From positions 1-64,000 of the IMG/VR virus record IMGVR_UViG_3300025362_000004: DNA of 64,000 bases. The stretch is one strand, 5' to 3'. The notes below the pieces were generated by a model. It saw only the letters and a list, made by a program, of their open reading frames with translations. It did no database searches and had not been told where the DNA came from. Shown here in pieces: positions 26,637-36,575 of this stretch. The DNA is from a virus. Numbering within the stretch: position 1 is the first letter of the stretch; every line of letters begins with the position of its first letter. The translations under genes were made by a program, and so were the position numbers.

Positions 26637-28436
26637 TTAATCTACAAAAACTCATGACTTAGCATTTTTTCCTCTACGTCTACGTTTTTTATAGTATTCT
26701 AACTCTATGTATTGGTTCACGCCATAGATAGCGTATTCAGCTGCGGAGAAAAAGTCCTTTTGGATATTTGAATCTCTGCGCTTAATTTTCATTGTTTTGT
26801 TAATATTATCTTGAATATCAGCAATTTCTATATTACGAAGTTCTAATTCCATTTCATCCATAAATCTATATGGTCTTAATTTTCTTTCTCTTGTTGGATT
26901 GCTTGCTCTTTTAAATCCTTCAAGTCCAGCAAATTTAGCAATCGCTTCTTGACTTTTTATAAGAAATCTAATAGAACCATTACTTATTCTTGAAAAGAAT
27001 AAATTATGTATTTGTTCAGCTTTCTGTCCAGTCGCTTTTATTTCATAACATATTGTTTTATCTTTTGGGTATTTGATTACATCTTTTTCTGCATTAGTAG
27101 GCGGGTTAATAATTCCTAATCCGTCTAATGGGATGCCATCATGAGTAATACTTCTTTTGTTTAATCAGTCGCGGATAGCCGCACCGATACCATTAGCATC
27201 ATAGATTAATAGTCGTGCTTCATATACTAGAACTGTTCGTTTTAATATATTCGATATAACTTCATAATCTGTGCTATCGATTCTAAATAAATTAACTAAT
27301 TTATAATTAAACATATATTCTTTTGGGGTAACTTTGAATATTTCAACTACAGTAGCTGCAGTCCCATCTTTCGCCATATCGGCTGATACAGCATAAAATG
27401 ATTCATTGTCATCTTCTCTTGCTTTATATTCTGCTCTAACTATCTTGCGTAATGCTGTAATAGTTGCTGCAGAGAATGCTGCTCCTTTAGTAGCCCCACT
27501 CCATATGCTCATATACTCTCTTTCAAATGACTCTCTTGTAAAACTTGGTGCTGATATTATTTCTTGAATAGTTTTTTCTTCTAATAAACCATGCATTACT
27601 GGTATTTGATAACTACCGCCCATAAAACCATAATTGTCTGGGTCGATAACTGTATAACAAAGTGTTTCAATTAATTTGTCATAAGCATAAGTTCCTTGAT
27701 AACCAGCTGTTGTAACGAAAATCTTACTACTATTCGGTTCTTTAAGATTTACATTGCCTCTAATATCTTCTCTAGGTTTATTAAGTAGTGGAATAACTTG
27801 CTCATTAATATAAGTAGCATCCAACTGAATAACTTCCTCAAAAATACCTGAGTTACGTCTGAATCCACGAATTGTTCCACCAACAACATCAAATATTCCG
27901 CCGTGTGTGAATCTAAATTCTGCGTATCCATTACCTTGAACGAAAGCGGCTTTTCATTGTCCTGCTTTCTTTACTTTTTGCATTTCATTCATTAATAGCG
28001 GGAATCTTACTCATAAGTCCCCTTCAATTTTTTCTTTCGCGATTTGCGCAGCTTGTTCTTTTGTTCCTGCTGTAACAAACGCTTTATGTCTAGGAACTAA
28101 CATAGTCGTTACATATCTACTATAGAAAGCCAAAAATGATTTTGAAAATCCACGAGTAAATGTAAAAAAGCTTTGTCTAGTTCTTGCCATTTCTCTTAAT
28201 ACCATTCTTTGCATAAAGAACATTGAAAAACTTGAATCTTCAGGTGTCATTATATCTGCTAGAATATCTGGATAAGTAAGAAAAGTATTAATTGCATTAC
28301 CAATTTTATCTAAATTCTTATCAATTCTAGACTTAGGCACGATGTTTGGAGAACTTTGAGTATTCTTATTAAGAAAATCAAAATATTCCTTAATCTCAGG
28401 CTCTATACTACTCGTCATCAAAGTACGCATAATCAT
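26637..28436 (-). CDS. terL: terminase large subunit, about 599 aa (TGA=Trp)
   Basis: Walker A-like TRGFSKSF, Walker B RGFRRNSGIFEEV, coupling motif VTTAG, nuclease SADMAK / YDANGIG / KDFFSA. Pieces are in frame across TGAs. Confidence 0.88.
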
Positions 28437-29415
28437 CTTCCTGTATATAATCTTCTATACTATCGTTCTCTAATTCTTCATCAAACTCTTGATTGTGCTT
28501 ATCTTTAGCGGCATCATATAGATTTTCTAAAGATACTTTCTTATAGCTCTCTGATTGTGCTTGAAGTTCTTTTTCGTGCTTTAGAGACTCATTAATTCCT
28601 TCAAAAACTATTTCTAATCCAGTTGCGTCTAAAACAACTCGTTTGATATAATCTTTAATATCTTTCATTGATTTATCAACAACGTCTCTTTCAACGCCAT
28701 CATAATAATTAAATTCAAAATTTTTCTCTTCAAGATAGGCAACTAAATCAGCGACTGTTGCAATAACTTCGCTGCTGGATTGTGTGATAATTTTATCAAT
28801 TTGAGCAGTACTTATAAAGTTTTTATAAGCCTTACTTAAATCATTTATTTGTTTTGTATCTCCGCCCATTATAGCTCTATCGAGTTGAATACTCATTTTA
28901 CAAGCCTTTTTAATAGCATCAATTTGCATTGGGTTACTAATGCTGTTGGCTGCTAGTGTACTAACAAACAAATTCTCTAAATTAACTAATTCTTCAAATG
29001 TATAGTTTGTTGCTCATTTAATCCTATTCCTTAATAGATAAGCTTCCTTAATCGGAGCGATTCTTTCAATTATTTCTTCATGTGTTCTAGCTAAAGCTCA
29101 TTCTTTATCAGCTTCTTTTCAAATGTCCTTAGCCGCAGATTCATATTGTATATTTTCTTCTTCTACAACTCAAGAAATATATTCTTGAAAAGTTTCTTTT
29201 TTATACATTTTAGAAAGCAATATTCATTTTTCTGGGTCAAACGGATAGTTATAAGTTCGACAGAAAAAATCCGCGTCTTCTATATTATTATAATCTAAAT
29301 TAGTAGTAATACAATGTTGACAGACGGACTGCGCTATTGGGTTATTTGAAGGCAAAATGATATTATAATTGCCACATTTTGGACATTTATCTTTTTTAAA
29401 TACCATATTTTTCAC
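28408..29415 (-). CDS. putative terminase small subunit with N-terminal Zn finger (TGA=Trp)
   Basis: ORFs 29224-29415 (CPKC..CQHC) and 28408-28971 are in frame across TGAs; overlaps the terL start. Confidence 0.55.
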
Positions 29416-29435
29416 ACTCCTATTTTTTAATCTAA

Positions 29436-29545
29436 CTAATTATAACTCATTTTCCAAAAAAAATCAAATCTCGGAGGCTTCCATTAAGAACATCAAATAT
29501 CTATTTTTCAAAAATTGATTTTTTAATCAATCTGTGATATAATTA
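29436..29545. promoter_or_regulatory. divergent sigmaA-type promoters for the morphogenesis operon (-) and the 29.6-33 kb operon (+)
   Basis: Plus strand TTGATT-N17-TATAAT with TG extension; a mirrored TTGATT...TTATAAT on the minus strand. Confidence 0.6.
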
Positions 29546-29594
29546 TATTATAAAGGGTAAGAAAAAGATTTTACCTAGCAAAAGGAGGAATAAA

Positions 29595-30068
29595 ATGCTA
29601 AAAGACGTAGTTAAGAAAAACAATGAAATTATTGAAGAAAATTTAAAGAGAGGCTTCGGACCAAATTATGAGGTTAAGGTAAATTGGGGATATCCATTAT
29701 GCCTAGTTAACGTCACTTCAGACAAAGAAGGCGTAAGCACATCTATAAAAGTTGTAATTAATATGGAAACTGAAGATTATAACTTAACAATTCTAGGTAG
29801 TAAGACAACTGAAATATCAAATGAAGATGGAAGTGAAAAATCTTCTGTAACTACTCCAGAACAAGTATCTATTGATAAGAATACAATTGTGTATATAATG
29901 GAATCAGCTCAGAATTTAACTGAACAACTTTCTGTATCTAAAAATATTTTAGAAAATGAAAAAAGACTAGCGGAAGAAGCTGCTAAAAAAGAAAGTGAAG
30001 AAATTGAAGAAGTTGAAGCAGAGATTATTGAAGAACCAGAACCAGCTTTCTTATCGGAAGAAGAATAG
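29595..30068 (+). CDS. hypothetical protein with acidic C-terminus
   Basis: 157 aa ORF with AGGAGG RBS. Confidence 0.7.
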   Translation: MLKDVVKKNNEIIEENLKRGFGPNYEVKVNWGYPLCLVNVTSDKEGVSTSIKVVINMETEDYNLTILGSKTTEISNEDGSEKSSVTTPEQVSIDKNTIVYIMESAQNLTEQLSVSKNILENEKRLAEEAAKKESEEIEEVEAEIIEEPEPAFLSEEE

Positions 30069-30096
30069 GCTTTAATTAAAGCCAAGGAGCCGCAAG

Positions 30097-31068
30097 ATGA
30101 CCTGAATATACTGAGTAATAATGATTATACAATTCATTATTATTATTTCGTTGGCTACCAAAGAACCGCAAGTTATTGAAAAAATTAAAGACGTTTCTGA
30201 AGAGGAACGTCTAAAATTAGAACATGAGAAAACTAAACGATTAGCAGATTTAGAAAAAGAACTTTCAGAGAGACGTCTATCTTTCCAAAAAGAAATATCT
30301 GATAAGCGTGCGGAAGAATTAGAAGAAATTAATAAACTTAAAGAACGGAAGTATAATGAATTAGAATTAACAATAACTACTTGAGAGGAATCTCAAAAAT
30401 TAAGACAAAAAGAATTTTTAAATAAACAAGAAGAATTAAAATCTATGTATGCTGAGGAACTACAATCATCATTACAAGAACAAAAGGAAGAATTTGACGA
30501 TAAAGCCGCACAGGCTAAAGAAGAAACTAAATTAATCGAACAGGGGTTACTTGAATGAAAAACTAAGTATGACTCAGCAGTCGAAGTCTATAAAAAATTA
30601 GAAGAACTAAAGAATGCTGACTCACATTATAGAATTTCTTTTTCTCCTGATGAGAACGAAGAACTCGATGAATTAAATAGAGTTGTTCGTAAATTGAAGA
30701 ACCCGACACCATTTTACAAAGCTATATATGAAATATATTATAAAAATAAAGTTAAACAATTAACTTTAAGAGTTGTAGGCGTAGATAAAATCGCAGGCAT
30801 TTATAAAATTACTCATACAGAAAGCGGTAAATGCTATGTAGGGCAAAGTGTAGATATAGCAAATAGATGAAAACAACATATAAAAAGAGCTGTTGGAGCA
30901 GATACTCGAACAACTAATATGTTATATCCCGCAATGGCAGAATTAGGTATAGGAAGTTTCAATTTTGAAATAGTTGAAGTAGTAAATGACATAAATAAGT
31001 TAAACGAATTAGAAAAATATTGGCAAGAATTTTTAAAAGCAAAAGAATTTGGATTTAGTGTAAGATAA
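30097..31068 (+). CDS. membrane-anchored coiled-coil protein with C-terminal GIY-YIG nuclease domain (TGA=Trp)
   Basis: AAGGAG RBS; N-terminal TM segment MT*IY*VIMIIQFIIIISLA; coiled coil; GIYKITHTESGKCYVGQSVDIANR*KQH; stop TAA at 31066. Confidence 0.75.
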
Positions 31069-31079
31069 GGAGAAATAAA

Positions 31080-31289
31080 ATGAGCAAAGATGCAAGCGCA
31101 AGTGTAAGATTATATTATGTGCAGATTATATATGTTATAGAAACAACATATGATGATTTATTATGTGATGTTAAAGGCGATATTGAAGCAATAAATTTAA
31201 GTAATCTATTAATTCATATTAAACATTATATTGGAGAAGAGCACTACGATAATATAACATATTTAGAAATAACACCGAGAGAAAGATAA
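31080..31289 (+). CDS. hypothetical protein
   Basis: RBS present; translationally coupled to the next gene. Confidence 0.55.
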   Translation: MSKDASASVRLYYVQIIYVIETTYDDLLCDVKGDIEAINLSNLLIHIKHYIGEEHYDNITYLEITPRER

Positions 31290-31828
31290 TGGAATATATT
31301 ACAGTAATTGGTAGTCGTAAAATAACTCCTGAAGAAGAAATGACCTTAATACTTTTTGGTCGCGTATTCCAGCAGTTAGGCTTCACTTTAAGGAGCGGAG
31401 GCGCAGGTGGTGCAGACAATACAGTTACCCATTACCATAGAGTAGAAATATTTATACCATGGAATGGATTTAACAATCTACATCATGACGGAGAGAGAAT
31501 ATTTTCTTTAGATAAACTACCTGATGTTCCTTTAGCAATTAAAAAAATGGAATCAATACATCCCGCCGCAGATAAATTAACTCAAGGTGCAAGGAAACTA
31601 CATACAAGAAATATTTATCAAGTAATTGGTAAGAATGGCGCTAATGGTCAAAAATCTTGTTTGGTTTTATATTGCTCTGATGAAGATATTATGACTAATT
31701 TTCCAGTAGGTGGAACTAGGACAGCTGTATTGTTTGCTAAGGACCTTGGTATTCCAACTATTAACATTAGAACACAAAACATAAATTTAGAAGATTTATT
31801 AGGTAAAATGAAATACACAAGTAAATAA
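31289..31828 (+). CDS. DprA/SLOG-family (Rossmann-like) protein
   Basis: ITVIGSR, LRSGGAGGAD, LHTRN and GGTRTAV motifs. Confidence 0.7.
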   Translation: MEYITVIGSRKITPEEEMTLILFGRVFQQLGFTLRSGGAGGADNTVTHYHRVEIFIPWNGFNNLHHDGERIFSLDKLPDVPLAIKKMESIHPAADKLTQGARKLHTRNIYQVIGKNGANGQKSCLVLYCSDEDIMTNFPVGGTRTAVLFAKDLGIPTINIRTQNINLEDLLGKMKYTSK

Positions 31829-31945
31829 CAGTTTGATTAAAACTGTTAGATAAGAGTCCCTGGCTAGACTTAACCTCCTTTCAGATAGTGATGAGGGGCT
31901 CCTATCTAACAGCTTTAATCGGCACAACACGCCGGAGGAACATAA

Positions 31946-32665
31946 ATGGATAAAAACAAACAATTAGAAGACTGCCTTGAAGAAGGGATGTGCGCATGAA
32001 TAATGTCGCATACAGATGAACCAGTAAGAACAATTTTTACTGCTATAAGAACTTGTTATAGTGAACATGACCAAGAATATTTAGCTTATGAGGAATGGTT
32101 TAAATACTTATGGAAAGTCGCAGAAGGTTATCCAAATGATGCGGTTAGGTTATTATGTAAGGTAGCCGCTATGAAGCACTTAAGCGTTCTTGAACATGTA
32201 TCTTTTACTTTTGGAATAAGAGGGGTATCACGTTCTTTATTGGCGCAATTAACTCGCCATAGAATAGGTTGAAGTTATAGTGTCCAAAGTCAAAGATATG
32301 TAGATTTAGGAAGTGAATCAAAATCAAAAGGATTCAAATATTTTACTCCTGAGGCTATAAAAAATGATAAACCAGCAAATGGCATATTTAAACAAGCTAT
32401 GCGCGATTTACAACGTTCATATGATATACTTAGAATGAATGGTATTAAACCTGAAGATGCGAGATATCTATTACCAAATGCAACAGAAACTAATTTAACG
32501 GTAACTTGTAATTTCCGTGCATTTTTAGACTTCTACTCAAAACGAAGCACTAAAGCCGCACAATGAGAAATCAGAGAACTTGCTGAGGTCATGAAATCTC
32601 GAATTATCGAAATCGAACCAGATTTAGAATTTGTAATTAATGAATATATAAATCAAGGAGAGTAG
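31946..32665 (+). CDS. thyX: FAD-dependent thymidylate synthase (TGA=Trp)
   Basis: HLSVLEH, RHRIG*SYSVQSQRY, EDARYLLP, NFRAFLDF..KR and AQ*EIR motifs; GGAGGA RBS. Confidence 0.92.
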
Positions 32666-32669
32666 CCGC

Positions 32670-32864
32670 ATGGAGACCATTGAAAAATATGTAATAATCG
32701 AACAAACTTTTCATGGGATGCGGATAGTTTCTGAATCATATGATTCTGAAGAAATTATATTTGTTTTAACAACGTTTAAGCATAAAAATAAAAATGTTTA
32801 TTACTTTCTATGAAAAGTTATAGAGTTACAAATTGAAGATGAAATTTGAACTAGAATGGAATAA
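32670..32864 (+). CDS. small hypothetical protein (TGA=Trp)
   Basis: AGGAG RBS; open frame with two TGAs to TAA; terminator at about 32950-32975. Confidence 0.4.
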
Positions 32865-33126
32865 GAATTTTGAACCGATATTAATTAAACTTATATTGTA
32901 TTAGTATTAGTTTTGGTTAGTCTTTTCAGAAGAAATAAAAATAGTATTTTGAGAGCCGTTGAGGCTCTTTTTTATTTGGAGCGGCTTCATGGCTTTCGTT
33001 GGGGTGTTGTAAAAAAATTGCACAAATTCCTACTATACCCCTACATGCAGTCTGCCCTATTTCTGGCGGTTTTTTGGGATTGACCACCCCCCCCATATAG
33101 ATATTTAATTATTTATGCTATATCCC

Positions 33127-33155
33127 TTGACATGGTTGTCTATCCGTGATATAAT
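33127..33155 (+). promoter_or_regulatory. consensus sigmaA promoter containing a half-site (GGTTGTCTA) of the array palindrome
   Basis: TTGACA-tggttgtctatccgtga-TATAAT, 17-bp spacer. Confidence 0.7.
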
Positions 33156-33210
33156 TGACATATAAAGAGTTAGAAAACATCAACCCTTTAAAAAGAGAGA
33201 GAGCCAAAAA

Positions 33211-33768
33211 ATGGAAGATTACAAACAAATCTATGACTTATCAAAAAGAGATATACAAGCACTATGTATCAAGGAAATTGAGAGAGTTCAATTTTTACCT
33301 AGCACGAAAACAAACAGAGCAACAATTAAAAGAATGTTTACTATTTATGATATGGTTAATAATGCAAGTGAAAACTTTATTGCTCAAAATGTTGAGGGCG
33401 TTCGTGGAAATTTTGAAATAAGAGATTTCGAAATGTTTAATATTGGTTCAATGCTAGAGTGTTTAGTAGAACATTATACAACAGGAAAAGACCATTGTTC
33501 AAAATCATTTTTTGACCAAAATGACTTAGAAAACGGCTTCATGCCTTACGAAATAAAAACGAGTTTGGATAATGCAAGGTGTACTGTAAACACTAAAGCC
33601 CAAACTGTAAAGTTTATAAATAATAAAGGTTCATATATAATTAAAAAAAGCGCATATGAAACTATCAAAAAAGACAGTAAAAGCAAGTTATACGAGAATA
33701 TGGACTACTCGCAATTTGAAGGTGTAAGACTTAATCACTCGTTAAGTGTAAAGTTAGGGCTTATCTAA
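33211..33768 (+). CDS. hypothetical early protein (possible PD-(D/E)xK-like motif D...YEIK)
   Basis: 185 aa ORF behind a strong promoter; a hairpin overlaps the stop. Confidence 0.6.
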   Translation: MEDYKQIYDLSKRDIQALCIKEIERVQFLPSTKTNRATIKRMFTIYDMVNNASENFIAQNVEGVRGNFEIRDFEMFNIGSMLECLVEHYTTGKDHCSKSFFDQNDLENGFMPYEIKTSLDNARCTVNTKAQTVKFINNKGSYIIKKSAYETIKKDSKSKLYENMDYSQFEGVRLNHSLSVKLGLI

Positions 33769-33804
33769 AAGCCCTAACACCCTAACGGGGGAAAGCGAGA
33801 TATT

Positions 33805-33975
33805 ATGAAAAAATTATATAGTTTAATAAATAAGATAACAAAAAACGATATATATTATGCAGTTCAAGATTATGACGGTATCATTAGAGTAATGGGGACA
33901 AGCAAGACCATAGTAAAGTATATGAATAAGAATAAGTTATGGAATAAGGTAAGCTATAGTGTAGTGATATTATAA
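33805..33975 (+). CDS. small hypothetical protein
   Basis: 56 aa open frame, ATG to TAA. Confidence 0.45.
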   Translation: MKKLYSLINKITKNDIYYAVQDYDGIIRVMGTSKTIVKYMNKNKLWNKVSYSVVIL

Positions 33976-34088
33976 TCACACTACATATACAGAAAGGAGT
34001 TGATGCCATTATGGTGTTATGAGTGACAGTCACACGTGAGTAAATACGCCAAGATAATAGGTGGTAGCGTGTGACAGTGTATTATGCA

Positions 34089-34177
34089 CACAGTGCCGTG
34101 TGTGTCGGTATGTGGGGTGTGTGTATCCACAGTACCATGTGTGTCGGTATATACCCACAGTGCCGTGTGTGTCGGTG
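34089..34177. repeat. three imperfect direct repeats CACAGTGCCGTGTGTGTCGGT
   Basis: Copies at about 34089, 34128 and 34156. Confidence 0.85.
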
Positions 34178-34211
34178 TCGGTGGTAGACAACCAAATTTT
34201 TTTGTCTGTCT

Positions 34212-34347
34212 ATGTAAGCGCTTACATATAGGGTGATGTAAGCGCTTACATATAGGGTGATGTAAGCGCTTACATATAGGGTGATGTAAGCGCTTACATA
34301 TAGGGTGATGTAAGCGCTTACATATAGGGTGATGTAAGCGCTTACAT
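34212..34347. repeat. six tandem 24-bp units, each containing the perfect palindrome ATGTAAGCGCTTACAT (cre/LacI-family operator consensus)
   Basis: Copies at 34212, 34236, 34260, 34284, 34308 and 34332 with spacer ATAGGGTG. Confidence 0.95.
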
Positions 34348-34439
34348 AGGTTGGTTGTCTGAGGCAGACAACCTAAAAAACTTGTAAAGTTTCTCAAAAT
34401 ATGATATAATTGGGTAAAGATAAAAAGGGGGTTCCAAAA

Positions 34440-34775
34440 ATGTGTGTAAAAGATATAGTAAAAAATAAAGGTGCAACTTTAACAAAAACATTAAGAAAGT
34501 CAATATTAAAAACGGGTTATATGGTTAGTATTAAAGGTTATGAAATACAAGTAGACGCAAGTGATTTTACAAAATTGAGTAACGAAATTTTTAAAACACA
34601 ACAACTTTCAAAATTTCATAAAAATTCTTATATTGGAATTTGGATTGAAGATGAAATTGCTTATATTGATTTAAGTGTTAATATTAAAGATTTAAAAGAA
34701 GCAACTAGCTTCGGAACAGAAAATGAGCAACTTGCAATTTATGGAATTAAAAATAGTGAATTACTTTATATTTAA
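34440..34775 (+). CDS. putative phage SAM lyase-like protein (cassette 1)
   Basis: The pattern GIW.E..AYID.S...EA..FG.EN.QLAIY resembles the T3-type SAMase family; recognised by motif only. Confidence 0.45.
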   Translation: MCVKDIVKNKGATLTKTLRKSILKTGYMVSIKGYEIQVDASDFTKLSNEIFKTQQLSKFHKNSYIGIWIEDEIAYIDLSVNIKDLKEATSFGTENEQLAIYGIKNSELLYI

Positions 34776-34893
34776 GGGCTGAAAAGTCCTTTTTATTTAA
34801 GGTAAGAGGCTGTCTGAGACAGACAACCTAAAAAACTTGTAAAGTTTCTCAAAATATGATATAATTGGGTAAAGATAAAAAGGGGGTTTCAAA

Positions 34894-35163
34894 ATGTTAG
34901 GACTAAATACGCCATTAACAGAGGAACAAAAAAACGAGGTTGAATATCAAACACACTTAGTATGTTTAAATTTAGTAAACACACAACGCAACTATTTAAT
35001 AATGCAAGCAAATGAGGAGTATTTCAACGTAATAGACGACTACGATTTCAAATTTGTAATACGCAATGATTTCAAATACTATGACGATATCAAATGGAAA
35101 TATGTAAACTTTAACAAAGTTAAAGCCTACATCGTAGAAACATTAACAGAGTTAAGAGCCTGA
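34894..35163 (+). CDS. hypothetical protein (cassette 2)
   Basis: Promoter/RBS nearly identical to cassette 1; ends TGA inside the terminator hairpin. Confidence 0.65.
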   Translation: MLGLNTPLTEEQKNEVEYQTHLVCLNLVNTQRNYLIMQANEEYFNVIDDYDFKFVIRNDFKYYDDIKWKYVNFNKVKAYIVETLTELRA

Positions 35164-35257
35164 AAAAGGGCTCTTTTTTTATTAACGCAAGTGGGTTGTC
35201 TACCATAGACAACCTAAAAAACTTGCATTATTTCGGTGTATATGATATAATATAAGT

Positions 35258-35390
35258 ATAGAGATAAGGTAGTCAATACCTCATCTCTCCACCAAAACTT
35301 TATTAGGCAAACCCACACTAACACGTGGAACCGTTGAATAAGTAAACTCTCTCTAAAAAACCCTATTGTGGCGATAGGGTTTAGAGAATA
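35258..35390 (+). ncRNA. candidate small RNA (cassette 3, no ORF)
   Basis: Promoter TTGCAT-N17-TATAAT; hairpin ending CTCCACCA; terminal hairpin AACCCTATTG/CGATAGGGTT; no RBS-led ORF. Confidence 0.45.
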
Positions 35391-35482
35391 TGCGCAAGGG
35401 GTTGTCTGCGGTAGACAACCTTTTTAATTTGACTTATTTCTTTATATATGGTATAATTACTATATAAGAAAGAGGTAATAAA

Positions 35483-35770
35483 ATGAAAAAAATAATAGTA
35501 TTAGTTGACGATAAAGAGAACTGTATTTTAGCGACGTTAGATTTAGAAAAGAGAAAAGTTGATGTAACACCAGTTAAAAGATTTAAAGAATTATCATTTT
35601 TAGGACAAGCAAGATTTCAAAATAAATTAGAAAGAGCACTTTTAGAAACAACCAGACTCAACGACGAAGAAAAAGAAAACGCAATCTCTAATTTAGTTTA
35701 TAAAAGATTTCTTGACGAGTCTCCAGAATTAGAAGAAATAATGGAATTAGTCGAATTAATGAAAGACTAA
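35483..35770 (+). CDS. hypothetical protein (cassette 4)
   Basis: Own promoter, RBS and terminator. Confidence 0.7.
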   Translation: MKKIIVLVDDKENCILATLDLEKRKVDVTPVKRFKELSFLGQARFQNKLERALLETTRLNDEEKENAISNLVYKRFLDESPELEEIMELVELMKD

Positions 35771-35907
35771 TTAATCGAAAAAAGAAAGTAGTCCTCCTCC
35801 TCTACTTTCTTCTTTATTGTAAGTATTAGGTTGTCTACGGTAGACAACCTAAAAAACTTGCTATTATTGAGTTTATATGTTATAATATATATAAGAGGTG
35901 AGAGATT

Positions 35908-36147
35908 ATGTTAGTATTACAAAGAAAGCATTATATTATGAGTGAGATTTTAAACGGTGGGAATACCTTAAAAGTTATACCAAAAAATGGGCTTGACAAT
36001 TACAGAGTAGGTCAAACAGTTAGAGTTTTTCATGAAATTAACTCGCAGAAATACCGAGAAGGAAAAATCACAAAAGTAAGACAACACGCATTTGAGTTTG
36101 GTTTTAGTGTTGGAACAACTGAATTGCCGAGAGTTATTATTTTATAA
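35908..36147 (+). CDS. hypothetical protein (cassette 5)
   Basis: Own promoter, RBS and terminator. Confidence 0.65.
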   Translation: MLVLQRKHYIMSEILNGGNTLKVIPKNGLDNYRVGQTVRVFHEINSQKYREGKITKVRQHAFEFGFSVGTTELPRVIIL

Positions 36148-36320
36148 ATTAAGACTTATAAGAGAAACAAATAGATAGGTCTGTGTTGAAGAAAAGGAAA
36201 CTTTGAAAAATCCTTTTCTTCTTTTATAATTCATGGTAGGTTGTCTGCCGTAGACAACCGAAAAGATTTGACATCATATCTAAATTATGATATAATATAA
36301 GTATAAAAGGGGTGAATTAA

Positions 36321-36575
36321 ATGGAATTTAAAACAGAGTTAAAAGTAAATATTCATTTTGAAAACAGAACAGTTTTTACAGATGAGGTAGTAAGGGATAG
36401 TATCACAGGCGAAGTTATCGCTGAATTAGTAAATGATATTGATATGGGAACTGCTACTACAGTAGAAAATGATATACTAAAAGATGGTTCTTGTATTTTA
36501 TCAGTAACAAAAGAAACAAGTGGCTTCAATGCTGAAACTGGGTTTTACGACTTAGATTTAACAATTGAAATGTAG
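36321..36575 (+). CDS. acidic hypothetical protein (cassette 6)
   Basis: Own promoter and RBS; 3' trailer homologous to that of cassette 5. Confidence 0.65.
   Translation: MEFKTELKVNIHFENRTVFTDEVVRDSITGEVIAELVNDIDMGTATTVENDILKDGSCILSVTKETSGFNAETGFYDLDLTIEM

Noticed and set aside
1-29415. Pseudogenised or decayed prophage structural region
   Set aside because: Breaks are TGA with no frameshifts and fall on conserved Trp positions, which indicates recoding rather than decay.
34212-34347. CRISPR mini-array or coding repeat (ORF 34017-34397, CKRLHHPI repeats)
   Set aside because: The spacers are identical 8-mers, and the ORF is a translation of the DNA tandem repeat with no RBS.
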